The notes under the pieces are model-generated. The model saw only the letters and a program-made list of their open reading frames with translations, did not search any database and was not told the origin of the DNA. Positions 29,982 through 42,151 of a stretch of DNA of 64,000 nt are shown here, piece by piece (position 1 is the first letter of the stretch; every line of letters starts with the position of its first letter). Origin of the DNA: Aquificaceae bacterium (lineage in GTDB: Bacteria > Aquificota > Aquificia > Aquificales > Aquificaceae); the NCBI GenBank assembly GCA_037925075.1, contig JAXSNR010000002.1, positions 352,001-416,000 of the forward strand, written 5' to 3'. Position numbers and translations under genes: made by a program.

Positions 29982-31483
29982 ATATGTGGTCCAGAAAGGT
30001 ATCTTCTTCTGCTTTCCACCGCAAGGAAGGCAAGAAGGACAAGGATGGAAATTATAAACATGCGTGCAATCACAACGCCTGTATCAGCCTGTGCTAACAC
30101 CTTGGAAGCTTGCACTACTCCCCATTGGTAAAGAAGTACTACCAAAAATATGGGAGATACTATGGCAAAGAAATAGACTAAGGGCTTTGGCACCTTTATA
30201 AAAACATCTCTGGTAAGCTCATTATGGAACTTATGGACTCCAAATATCCACACAAAGACTATTATCTCCAAAAGGGCAAAAAAGACAAGCATAAAGGTCC
30301 CAGCCCAAAAGTCAAGCTCGTCTATAAAGCCTGGAAGAAAGGCGGATAAAAAGGCACCCACAGACACCATAAGCATGGAAACATTGACAGACCTTGTATG
30401 AGACCATCTCATTTCATCCTCAAAGAGGGCTATAAGTGGTTGTATGAGGGCAAGGGAAGAGGTAAGGGCTGCGATAAACAGAAGCGAAAACCATACAGCG
30501 GAAAGAAGCCAACCCAAAGGCAAGGCCATAAGAACCGCGGGCATGGACATAAAGCCAAGTCTAAAGGTGCCTTCCTTTGCAAGCTCCGGCACCGCCAAAG
30601 CTCCAAACATGGCAAAGGCGGCAGGTATGGCTATACTAGCACCCAAAACCACCTCCACAAATTCATTAAGCCCAGCGGTCCAAAGTCCAGCCTTTAGCAC
30701 ATCTTCACGAGCCTTTACGTAGCTGGCGTAGGTGGCAATGGCACCCATCCCCAAAGAGAGCGTAAAGAATATCTGACCTGAGGCTTCGAGCCACACCTGT
30801 GGGTCCCATATTTTGCTAAAATCTGGCTTGTATATGTACAAAAGCCCCTCAAGCCCCTTACCACCCTTTATGGAAAGGGACACAAAGGCAAGGAAAATAC
30901 CCATGGTCAAAAGGGCAGGTATTCCCACCTTTGCGGTAAGCTCAATACCCCTTACCACACCCCTTTGGAGGATGTACCAGTTTGTGGCAAGGGTGATAAG
31001 AAGAAAGAGGATAGCCACATATGAGGGTTCCGTGTAGCTTCTGAAAAAGTCCACATAAGGTTGCATGGCGGTTTTTGGGTCTGGGCTTTCCACAGGCTTA
31101 GGCATCTGACCAAAAAGGGAAAGCACCGCAAAGCCCAAAGTCCAAGATTCAATGTAAATGTAATAGCAAACTATTAAAAAGGGTATGGCGACCCCTATGG
31201 AACCCAAGACTCTTGCCCAGTTGGCATGATGGAAGAGAGAGCCCATAATTCCAGTCATGGAGCCGTGCCCCTTTGAACCCGCATACCTTCCGATGACCCA
31301 CTCTAATACCATAAGTGGTATGCCAAGGAGGAAAAGGGCTACAAAGTAGGGAATCATAAAGGCACCGCCACCGTAGAGGGCTACCTTTGAAGGGAACCTT
31401 AAAAGGTTTCCAAGCCCTATGGCATTTCCCGCCGCAGCAAAGATAAGCCCTACCTTAGAAGCCCAAGCTTCTCTTTTATTCAT
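29978..31483 (-). CDS. Sodium-dependent transporter, NSS/SNF family (LeuT-like)
   Basis: REAWAS..GNAIGLGNLLRFP, GGGAFMIPY, QIFFTLSLG, AALTSS. Confidence 0.93.
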   Translation of the reverse strand: MNKREAWASKVGLIFAAAGNAIGLGNLLRFPSKVALYGGGAFMIPYFVALFLLGIPLMVLEWVIGRYAGSKGHGSMTGIMGSLFHHANWARVLGSIGVAIPFLIVCYYIYIESWTLGFAVLSLFGQMPKPVESPDPKTAMQPYVDFFRSYTEPSYVAILFLLITLATNWYILQRGVVRGIELTAKVGIPALLTMGIFLAFVSLSIKGGKGLEGLLYIYKPDFSKIWDPQVWLEASGQIFFTLSLGMGAIATYASYVKAREDVLKAGLWTAGLNEFVEVVLGASIAIPAAFAMFGALAVPELAKEGTFRLGFMSMPAVLMALPLGWLLSAVWFSLLFIAALTSSLALIQPLIALFEDEMRWSHTRSVNVSMLMVSVGAFLSAFLPGFIDELDFWAGTFMLVFFALLEIIVFVWIFGVHKFHNELTRDVFIKVPKPLVYFFAIVSPIFLVVLLYQWGVVQASKVLAQADTGVVIARMFIISILVLLAFLAVESRRRYLSGPHI

Positions 31484-32643
31484 AGCTTAAGTTCCTTTAT
31501 CCTTTCCACAGCTTCAAGTAGCCTATGGGTTGGTACAGTAAGAGATATTCTAAAGTATCCTTCTCCATGCTCTCCAAAGCCGTTGCCGGGTGTACAAACT
31601 ATTCCGCATTCCTCCAAGAGCTTGGAAACAAACTCAGCGGAGGTATAACCTTTAGGAACCTTTACCCAAAGGTAGAAGGTGGCGTTGGAGCTATAAACCT
31701 CAAGCCCCACATCCTTTAGGGCCTTTACCATTGCAGACCTTCTTTCTTTGTATGTGTCCCTTATCTTCTGAACCTCCTCTTCTGGCAAGTTCAGGGCTTT
31801 TATGCCCGCCTCTTGTATTGCCTGAAACTGTCCAGAGTCCACGTTTGTCTTTACCTTTCCAAGCCCAGCAATGAGCTTTTCATTGCCTACCGCCATCCCA
31901 AGACGCCAGCCGGTCATGTTAAAGGTCTTGGACAAGGAATGAAACTCTATGGCTACATCCTTTGCACCCTCTATTTGCAGTATGGACATGGGCTTTTGAT
32001 GGTCAAAGTATATCTCCGAATAGGCAAGGTCAGAAGCCACGATTATGTTATGTTCTTTTGCCCACTCTATCAGTTCCCTATAGAAGTCCTCGCTTGCGGT
32101 CGCAGATGTAGGATTGTTGGGGTAATTTACCCATATTATCTTTGCTCTTTTTAGCACCTCCTTTGGGACGCTTTTGAAATCTGGTAGGAAGTGGTTTTCT
32201 TCCTTAAGAGGCAGTATATAAGGCTCTCCACCCGCAAACAATGTGCCTATTTTGTACACGGGATAGGCAGGGTCTGGACACAGTACCACATCACCGGGGT
32301 TTATAAAGGCTAAGGGAAAGTGGGCTATACCTTCCTTTGAGCCTATAAGGGTTATTACTTCCTTGCTTGGGTCCAATTCCACATCAAAACTTCTCCTATA
32401 CCAGTCCGCTACCGCCTGCCTAAAGGAGAGCATGCCCTCGTAGGAGGGGTATCTGTGGTGCTGGGGATTTTCCACAGCTCTTTGCATAGCCTCCACTATG
32501 GGCTTTGGTGTGGGAAGGTCTGGGTCTCCCACCCCAAGGTCAATAACATCCACACCTTGAGAGAGCTTTTCCCTCTTTTTCTGGTCAATCTGAGCAAAGA
32601 GGTATGGTGGCAAAGCCTTTATCCTTTGGGCGTATTCAAACAT
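31480..32643 (-). CDS. dapL: LL-diaminopimelate aminotransferase (class I/II PLP)
   Basis: LPPYLF, DLGVGDPD, GSKEGI, NYPNNPT, SLSKTFNMTGWR. Confidence 0.85.
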   Translation of the reverse strand: MFEYAQRIKALPPYLFAQIDQKKREKLSQGVDVIDLGVGDPDLPTPKPIVEAMQRAVENPQHHRYPSYEGMLSFRQAVADWYRRSFDVELDPSKEVITLIGSKEGIAHFPLAFINPGDVVLCPDPAYPVYKIGTLFAGGEPYILPLKEENHFLPDFKSVPKEVLKRAKIIWVNYPNNPTSATASEDFYRELIEWAKEHNIIVASDLAYSEIYFDHQKPMSILQIEGAKDVAIEFHSLSKTFNMTGWRLGMAVGNEKLIAGLGKVKTNVDSGQFQAIQEAGIKALNLPEEEVQKIRDTYKERRSAMVKALKDVGLEVYSSNATFYLWVKVPKGYTSAEFVSKLLEECGIVCTPGNGFGEHGEGYFRISLTVPTHRLLEAVERIKELKL

Positions 32644-32700
32644 TTTGCACCTCCAAAGCTTGTGGATTTTTATTATAGCAGTAAAATAAAAGGTTGGGAC

Positions 32701-33480
32701 ATGACAAATCTTACACTCAGGGTAGCCCCAGAAAAAGCCAAAGAGCTAAAGAAGGAGCTTCTAAGGATGGGTTTTCATGAGATGGAGGATCCAAACCTTC
32801 TGTGGTTTTTAACCGATGGAGAAACCTTTTTGAGGCTTTACCCCTCTGGAACACTGCTAATTCAGGGTAAAGATGCTCAAAACCTAAAGGAGTTAATTCT
32901 CTCTTTTATTGAAGTCCCTTCTCTGATAACTGTAGGCTGTGATGAGTCGGGTAAGGGTGATGTGTTTGGTCCCCTTGTGCTTTGCTGTGCAGTCATAAAG
33001 CCAGATTACTACAAGAGAGTCCTAAGCCTCAACATGAGAGATTGCAAGAAGATGAAGGATGATCAAGTCCTCAAGAAGGCACAAATCTTCAAGTCCTTTG
33101 GAGAGTTCAGATGCAAGCTTGTAGAGCCTGCAAGCCTAAACGAGCTTTACCAAAAGGTGGGAAACCTTAACAGAATACTGGATGGGCTTTACATGGAACT
33201 TCTTGAGGAGCTACTTAAAAAGTACCCTCATGGTAGCTTTTCTGTGGACGCCTACTCAAAGATAAGCCCCTTTGATAGAAGGGTTTCCTTTAAGCACAAG
33301 GGAGAGGAGGACCTTGCGGTCGCCACAGCCAGCGTTCTTGCAAGGGCTGAGTTCCTAAACTGGTTGAAAAAAAGAGAACTTCCCAAGGGCTCTTCTCCCG
33401 AGGTCATGGAGCTTGCACGCAAGCTCTACAGACAGGACAAGGAAAGGGCTAAGGACATGATAAAAACCTTCTTTTTATGA
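32701..33480 (+). CDS. rnhC: Ribonuclease HIII
   Basis: N-terminal TBP-like LYPSGTLLIQG, GCDESGKGD, VATASVLAR. Confidence 0.9.
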   Translation: MTNLTLRVAPEKAKELKKELLRMGFHEMEDPNLLWFLTDGETFLRLYPSGTLLIQGKDAQNLKELILSFIEVPSLITVGCDESGKGDVFGPLVLCCAVIKPDYYKRVLSLNMRDCKKMKDDQVLKKAQIFKSFGEFRCKLVEPASLNELYQKVGNLNRILDGLYMELLEELLKKYPHGSFSVDAYSKISPFDRRVSFKHKGEEDLAVATASVLARAEFLNWLKKRELPKGSSPEVMELARKLYRQDKERAKDMIKTFFL

Positions 33481-34267
33481 ACTTGCTCAAAGAGACCGCG
33501 ACAAACAGAAGCACCATACTACCCACCACCGCACCGCTGGGTGGAAGGTCAAGAAGTAAAGATATGGCTATCCCAGAAAAAAGAGAAAAAAAGGAAAAGA
33601 ACACGGAAAGGAGCATGCCCTGCAAGAAGGAGGAAGAAATCATAAGGGAGGTCATGGCTGGTATGGATATAAAGCTGGTAGATAGCACAATGCCCACCGC
33701 CTTTATGGATAGAGCCACATTAGCGGAGGCAAGGGCGATAAGAGAATAGTTAAGAAGCCCAAGCCTTACACCTCTGAGCCTTGCCACCTCCTCATTAAAG
33801 CTTAGGAGCAAAAGGCTCCTGTAGCTGGATAGCACAAAAAGTAAAGTAATCAAAAAGGTCAGCACTGACAAAAGCAGGTCCCTCTCTGAGGCGGTAAGCA
33901 TGCTACCAAAAAGGTAAGAAAAGACATTCGTCCCAAGATTATCCGTAATGCCAAGCACCACTATAGCCAATGCAACACCAAGAGAAAAAAATAGAGCGAC
34001 CACCGTGTCCGCGGGGAGGGATTTTTTATCCACAAGGAACTGTATAAAAAGTCCGAGAAGGACCGTGTAAATCACCGTGAAGGTCATGGGTTCAAGGCCC
34101 AAGACTATTGCTAAGGCTATGCCCCCAAAGGAAGCATGAGAGAGGCCCGCACCAAGCATGGCAAGCCTTTTTATGAGCAAAAAGACGCCGATCAGAGAAG
34201 TGGAAAGGGCTATAAAAAAGGCGGAAAGAAAGCCTTCCCAAAAAAGGCTGTAAGAAAGAAGGTCCAT
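33449..34267 (-). CDS. znuB: Zn/Mn ABC transporter permease (ZnuB family)
   Basis: GLSHASFGG, SYLFGS, SFNEEVA motifs. Confidence 0.85.
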   Translation of the reverse strand: MDLLSYSLFWEGFLSAFFIALSTSLIGVFLLIKRLAMLGAGLSHASFGGIALAIVLGLEPMTFTVIYTVLLGLFIQFLVDKKSLPADTVVALFFSLGVALAIVVLGITDNLGTNVFSYLFGSMLTASERDLLLSVLTFLITLLFVLSSYRSLLLLSFNEEVARLRGVRLGLLNYSLIALASANVALSIKAVGIVLSTSFISIPAMTSLMISSSFLQGMLLSVFFSFFSLFSGIAISLLLDLPPSGAVVGSMVLLFVAVSLSKFIKRRFLSCP

Positions 34268-34283
34268 TCCTAAATTTTAACCT

Positions 34284-36032
34284 ATGGAGAAAAACAAGGA
34301 ACTTGCCAGAATCTTTGAAAGAATGGCGGATATGCTTGAGTTTCTTGGAGACAACCCATATCGTATAAATACCTACAGGAGGGTGGCGGAGGTTCTCTCT
34401 GAACTGGGTGAGGATGTGGAAGACTTGGTAAAAACGGGGAAGATACATAAGATACATGGTATAGGTGAATCCAGCGTGGAAAAGATTCTGGAATACCTTC
34501 GCACTGGCAAAGTGAGTGCTTACGAGGAGCTAAAACAGAAGGTACCAGAAGACCTTCTTGAGCTTCTTGAGGTGCCCGGCGTGGGAGTAAAAACTTTGAG
34601 GCTTGCCTACGACAGGCTAAAGGTAAGAAGCAAGGAGGATTTTATAAGAGCGGTAAGGAGCGGTCAGCTTGCCTTTCTACCGGGCATGGGAGAAAAGAAG
34701 ATACAAAACATACTCAGGGGGCTTGAGCTTTGGCAGAAGAGCAAAGAGAGGATGACCCTTTTACAGGCTTACGAGCTTGGACAGGAGCTTCTTAGCCATT
34801 TTGAAAAGGTAAAGGACCTTTATGAAAACATAGAGCTTGCGGGGAGCCTCAGAAGGAGGAAGGAAACGGTGGGAGACATAGACCTTTTGGTATCCGCAAA
34901 GAAAGAAAACTGGGAGAAGCTTCATCAACACTTTGTTTCCTATCCGGGTGTAAAGGAGGTACTTCTTCATGGAGAGACCAAGTCTAGCGTGGTGCTTCAA
35001 GAGGGAAGGCAGGTAGATTTTAGAACCGTAGAACCTCATCAGTGGGGCTCCGCTTTGCAGTACTTCACCGGTTCAAAGGAGCATAATGTAAGAATCAGGG
35101 ATATAGCTAAAGCAAAGGGCTTAAAAATAAGTGAGTACGGAGTTTTCCAAGAGGAGCAATGGATAGGGGGAAGAACAGAGGAGGAGGTCTATAACCTGAT
35201 AGGCATGCAATGGATCCCACCAGAGCTTAGGGAAAACACGGGAGAAATAGAGCTTGCCCTTGAGGGAAAATTGCCAAGGCTTGTAGAATTGCGGGACATT
35301 AAGGGTGATTTTCATATGCATTCCAATTGGAGCGATGGGCTTCATAGCCTTGAGGAGATGGCGGAAGCCTGCTACAAGCTTGGATATGAGTATATGGTGA
35401 TAGGAGACCATTCTCAGTCTTCACGCGTTGCCAACGGTCTTGATCCGGCGCGTTATAGAGAGCAGTTTAAGTTAATAGAGAGGCTGAACCAGTACTACAA
35501 TCCAAGGGGCTTTTATATACTAAGAGGCTGTGAGGTGGATATACTACCCGATGGCTCTTTGGACCTTCCCGATGAGCTTTTGGAGGAGTTTGACTTTGTG
35601 GTAGCTTCTATTCACTCAAGGTTTAGTCAGGACAACACGTACAGAATACTGAAGGCTATGGAAAGTCCCTATGTGAACCTCATAGGGCATCCCACGGGCA
35701 AAGCCTACGGTACAAGGGAAGGCTATCCTCTGAACATGGAAAAGGTTATAGACATGGCAAAGGAAACGGGCACAGCTCTTGAACTAAACACCTACAGGGC
35801 GGACCTCTCTCCAGAGTATGTGAGAATGTGCATGCAAAAGGGCGTCAACATTGCCATAGTCACCGATGCCCATTCTGTAAAGCACCTTTCCTATATGTGG
35901 GTGGGGGTTGGGCTTGCCAGAAGGGGCTGGGCCGTGCCAGAGCTTGTTTTAAACACAAGGGGAGTAGAAGGTGTTAAGGATTTTGTAGGGCGTAAAAGGG
36001 AGCTTATGCTAAGTGGAAAAAAGGGTTTATAA
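34284..36032 (+). CDS. polX: DNA polymerase X with PHP domain
   Basis: GSLRR, GDIDLL, QVDFR, YFTGSKEHN, DFHMHSNWSDG, TDAH. Confidence 0.95.
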   Translation: MEKNKELARIFERMADMLEFLGDNPYRINTYRRVAEVLSELGEDVEDLVKTGKIHKIHGIGESSVEKILEYLRTGKVSAYEELKQKVPEDLLELLEVPGVGVKTLRLAYDRLKVRSKEDFIRAVRSGQLAFLPGMGEKKIQNILRGLELWQKSKERMTLLQAYELGQELLSHFEKVKDLYENIELAGSLRRRKETVGDIDLLVSAKKENWEKLHQHFVSYPGVKEVLLHGETKSSVVLQEGRQVDFRTVEPHQWGSALQYFTGSKEHNVRIRDIAKAKGLKISEYGVFQEEQWIGGRTEEEVYNLIGMQWIPPELRENTGEIELALEGKLPRLVELRDIKGDFHMHSNWSDGLHSLEEMAEACYKLGYEYMVIGDHSQSSRVANGLDPARYREQFKLIERLNQYYNPRGFYILRGCEVDILPDGSLDLPDELLEEFDFVVASIHSRFSQDNTYRILKAMESPYVNLIGHPTGKAYGTREGYPLNMEKVIDMAKETGTALELNTYRADLSPEYVRMCMQKGVNIAIVTDAHSVKHLSYMWVGVGLARRGWAVPELVLNTRGVEGVKDFVGRKRELMLSGKKGL

Positions 36033-36040
36033 TCATAACC

Positions 36041-36454
36041 ATGGCACAGCGTGTTGACCTTGAAGACCTACAAGCCATTATAAAGCATGAGATTGGTGAG
36101 CTTAGAAGGCTAAAAAGGGACCTGGCCCTAACAGAGCATATCCCCAGCGTGGATAGTTTTTCTATAATGGTTTTGTACAGCAAGTATCTCTCGGAACAGC
36201 ACATTGAGAACATATCAAGGTCTATGCGAGATTCAGATATATTGGTAGTTCTTGACCGCTACATAATATGTTTACTTCCCGGTACAAACAAAGAAGGAGC
36301 AATCCACTTGGCAGAAGGTATAAAGGATTTTCTGAGTGAAGAAGGCTACTACGTTATAGTTACCTACCCCGAAGATGGAAAAAGCTACGAGGATTTGATT
36401 GATTCGCTTAAGTTCTATTCTGAACAAAAAGGCATTTCCTTACCGATGTTCTAA
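36041..36454 (+). CDS. Hypothetical protein, degenerate GGDEF-like fold
   Basis: MRDSDIL...LLPGTNKEGAIHLAE resembles GGDEF framework without the GGDEF motif. Confidence 0.55.
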   Translation: MAQRVDLEDLQAIIKHEIGELRRLKRDLALTEHIPSVDSFSIMVLYSKYLSEQHIENISRSMRDSDILVVLDRYIICLLPGTNKEGAIHLAEGIKDFLSEEGYYVIVTYPEDGKSYEDLIDSLKFYSEQKGISLPMF

Positions 36455-36465
36455 AGGAGGTTAAC

Positions 36466-37575
36466 GTGCAATTGGATATATTAATAGAAAAGAGCTCAAA
36501 TAAAAGCCTTAAAGCTATAGGTGAAAAGGTACTTGAGGGCAAAAGGCTATCTTCTGAGGACGCCATAAAGCTTTTTTATGAAGCTGACCTGAGCTTTGTG
36601 GGTGCCCTCGCGGAGTGGGTAAACAGGAAGAAAAACGGCAATTTTGCCTACTTTATAGTCAACAGACAGATAAACCCCACAAACGTATGCGTATATAAAT
36701 GCAACTTTTGCAGTTTTGGAGTGGTCAGGTCGGACCCAAGAGCTTACGAGATGAGCCTTGAGGAGGTACTTAAGAAGGTGGGAGAAACCCATAGGATGGG
36801 AGGAAGGGAAGTGCATATAGTGGGAGGAATTCCACCCCACTGGAAGGTGGAACATTACATAAACCTTGTGAGGGAGATAAAGAAAGCTTTTCCAGATATG
36901 GTAGTAAAAGCTTGGACCGCCATTGAAATACATCATATGAGCAAAATATCGGGAAGGAGCTACGAAGACATCCTTCTTGAGCTTAAGTCCGCAGGGCTTG
37001 ACGCCATACCAGGAGGTGGTGCGGAGATATTCTCAGAAAGGGTAAGGAAGATAATAGCACCCTACAAGGCAAAGGCGGAAGAGTACCTTGAGGTGCACAG
37101 AACCGCGCACAGGCTCGGCATCCCCACAAATGCCACCATGCTATACGGACACTTGGAAACCTACGAGGAAAGAGTAGAACACATGGAAAGGCTTAGAGAA
37201 CTTCAAGACGAGACGGGAGGCTTTCAGGTCTTTATACCCCTTGCCTACTGGCCTGAGGGCACAAGGCTTGGAGGCAAAAGAACCTCCTCTGTGGATGATC
37301 TCAAAACCATAGCCATCTCAAGGCTCTTTTTGGACAACTTTGACCACATAAAGGCTTATTGGGTCACTCTCGGTGAGAAGGTGGCACAGGTAGCCCTAAA
37401 CATGGGTGCGGATGACCTTGACGGCACCATACAGGAGGAGAAGATAGTGCATTCCGCGGGCACCACCTCCGCCATAGGGCACACAAAGGAAAGGCTTATA
37501 AGACTCATAAGGGATGCGGGTAAGATACCAGTAGAAAGGGACACCTTTTACAACCCAGTCGCAATCTATCCTTGA
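36466..37575 (+). CDS. mqnE: Aminofutalosine synthase (radical SAM)
   Basis: INPTNVCVYKCNFC, PGGGAEI, NATMLYGH, HIKAYW. Confidence 0.85.
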   Translation: MQLDILIEKSSNKSLKAIGEKVLEGKRLSSEDAIKLFYEADLSFVGALAEWVNRKKNGNFAYFIVNRQINPTNVCVYKCNFCSFGVVRSDPRAYEMSLEEVLKKVGETHRMGGREVHIVGGIPPHWKVEHYINLVREIKKAFPDMVVKAWTAIEIHHMSKISGRSYEDILLELKSAGLDAIPGGGAEIFSERVRKIIAPYKAKAEEYLEVHRTAHRLGIPTNATMLYGHLETYEERVEHMERLRELQDETGGFQVFIPLAYWPEGTRLGGKRTSSVDDLKTIAISRLFLDNFDHIKAYWVTLGEKVAQVALNMGADDLDGTIQEEKIVHSAGTTSAIGHTKERLIRLIRDAGKIPVERDTFYNPVAIYP

Positions 37576-38429
37576 TTTACCCTTTCCAACAAGGCTTTAA
37601 GGCTTTTTGATATCTCCTTCATCACAGGCTCTATCTTGTCCTTTATCTCCATAAGCCTTTCGTACAGCTCCTGTGGGCTTACCTCCCATGTGCTTATAAG
37701 CCTGTTTTTTAGATTGGTCATCTTAAACACATCCATGTAGTACTCTTGGGGTATAACACCCACCTCCACAAGCTTTGAAAGACAGTCATCACCAAACCTC
37801 TTGACACCAAACTTAGGTGCAAGGTGTTTGCATATATCAAAGAGGCTATCGTACGCCACCTGATAAAAGTATTTGACCCTGTCATAGTACATGGGGGTTT
37901 TGGAAAACTCTTCCAAGCCCTGAGAAAGCACAAAGTCAATCCTTTTTACAGACTCCTTTACATGCCTTGCCTTCTCGTTGAGAAGCTCAAAGTCTATAAG
38001 AAGAGGGTTTTTCGTTTCCCTTTTTACAAACTCCACCACAGCCCTTGCATACTCCCTAAAAAGGGGCAAGAACCTCTTCAAAGACTGATAAAGCTCTTCC
38101 GGTGGCAAGGCTTCCTTGAGGTCCCTATGTTTTATGTAAAACTGAGCCAGTTCTTCGAAGACCTCGGACCCAGAAAGTCCCACAAGCTCCGCTATCTTTT
38201 TAAGGCAGTCTTTTGATGTGGTTTTAAGGTTATAAACCACAGACAGATGCCTGCATACTCTCATGGAGCTTTCAAAAGCCATGTTAAAGTCCACTCTAAC
38301 CTTGTCTTGGACTAATCTGTTTGAGACAAACTCTTCCTCAGAGAGGGAAAGGTTCTTTTTAAGGTCCGCATAAGCCTTTTCAAGCTGGGTGAAGCTCTCC
38401 AGTATAAGGCTTATCTTGGGCTTTTTCAT
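37566..38429 (-). CDS. Tandem HEPN (DUF86/HepT-like) domain protein
   Basis: Two internal repeats (ESSMRVCRHL / DSLFDICKHL; KDCLKKI / DDCLSKL). Confidence 0.7.
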   Translation of the reverse strand: MKKPKISLILESFTQLEKAYADLKKNLSLSEEEFVSNRLVQDKVRVDFNMAFESSMRVCRHLSVVYNLKTTSKDCLKKIAELVGLSGSEVFEELAQFYIKHRDLKEALPPEELYQSLKRFLPLFREYARAVVEFVKRETKNPLLIDFELLNEKARHVKESVKRIDFVLSQGLEEFSKTPMYYDRVKYFYQVAYDSLFDICKHLAPKFGVKRFGDDCLSKLVEVGVIPQEYYMDVFKMTNLKNRLISTWEVSPQELYERLMEIKDKIEPVMKEISKSLKALLERVNQG

Positions 38430-39230
38430 CTATATCTCTCTTAGCTCCTCTCTTGTAATGTACTGTTGTAGGCGCTCTATGTACCTTGCCTTACCACTTA
38501 CCTCGTCAAGCTCCACAAGAAGTGCATTTACCACCACATCTTCCTTTTCTTCCACTTCGTACTTTTGAGGTATTCCCTTTGTAAACCTTTCTATTGCCTC
38601 CTGGGGCTTCATGCCTATGGCTGAGTACCAACAACCTGTCATGCCCACATCACTTGTGTAGGCGGTGCCCTTTTTGAGGATGACCTGGTCTGCGGTGGGC
38701 ACATGGGTATGGGTCCCATAGACAAGGCTTGCCCTTCCATCCACGTATATACCAAAAGCCCACTTTTCTGAAGTGGTTTCCGCATGGAAATCTACCACTA
38801 CAAGAGGCGTTTCCTTGCTCACCTCCTCATATACTCTGTCAAAGAGCAAAAAGGGGTTTTCAAGGTTTGAATCAAGCAAGGATCTACCCATAAGGTTTAT
38901 AACCGCATACCTTATGCCCTTCTTTTCGTATATGCGGTAGCCTCTACCGGGAACACCGTCGGGATAGTTGGCGGGTCTTAAAAGGTTTGTGGCACTGTCT
39001 ATAAACTGATAAACCTCCTTTTTGTCCCATATGTGATTTCCAGAAGTCATAACATCCACGCCCATGTTTAAAAGCTCTTCATAGACCTTTTTTGTTATAC
39101 CAAAGCCACCGGCAACATTTTCCACATTCACAAGCACCACATCCACAAGGTCCCTATAGCCAGCAAGAAAGTATTTTAGAGTTTTCCTTCCGGGCTTTCC
39201 TATTATGTCTCCAAACACTAAAAGCTTCAT
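38430..39230 (-). CDS. ymdB: YmdB-like (TIGR00282) metallophosphoesterase
   Basis: GDIIGKPGR, NVEN, TSGNHIWD, LRPANYP, DFHAETTSEK, GTHTHV. Confidence 0.92.
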   Translation of the reverse strand: MKLLVFGDIIGKPGRKTLKYFLAGYRDLVDVVLVNVENVAGGFGITKKVYEELLNMGVDVMTSGNHIWDKKEVYQFIDSATNLLRPANYPDGVPGRGYRIYEKKGIRYAVINLMGRSLLDSNLENPFLLFDRVYEEVSKETPLVVVDFHAETTSEKWAFGIYVDGRASLVYGTHTHVPTADQVILKKGTAYTSDVGMTGCWYSAIGMKPQEAIERFTKGIPQKYEVEEKEDVVVNALLVELDEVSGKARYIERLQQYITREELREI

Positions 39231-39237
39231 GGCTCTT

Positions 39238-39324
39238 TGGTGCGGGTGGAGGGAGTTGAACCCTCACGGGCGTAAGCCCACTGGATCCTGAGTCCAGCGC
39301 GTCTGCCAGTTCCGCCACACCCGC
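39238..39324 (-). tRNA. tRNA-Leu(CAG)
   Basis: GCGGGTG acceptor stem, anticodon arm CTGGA-CTCAGGA-TCCAG, long variable arm, GGTTCAACTCC T-loop, encoded CCA. Confidence 0.96.
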
Positions 39325-39342
39325 TAAGAGTCAGATTATAAT

Positions 39343-42039
<2,697 letters not shown>

Positions 42040-42151
42040 GGTCTATGTTATAGAATTTTATATGGAGTGAAAAGAGAAATGGTTTTGTCTTGTCCAATGG
42101 TAGGAGAGCTGTATCCTTTTATTGCACAAATTATTTGCTTGAAAGTTAACC

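Noticed and set aside
39238..39324. tRNA-Leu as an integration site for a mobile element
   Set aside because: No integrase, no duplicated tRNA 3' end, and flanking genes have host-like composition
42040..42151. 28-codon ORF in the nfi/phosphodiesterase intergenic region
   Set aside because: No recognisable features or strong SD; consistent with chance
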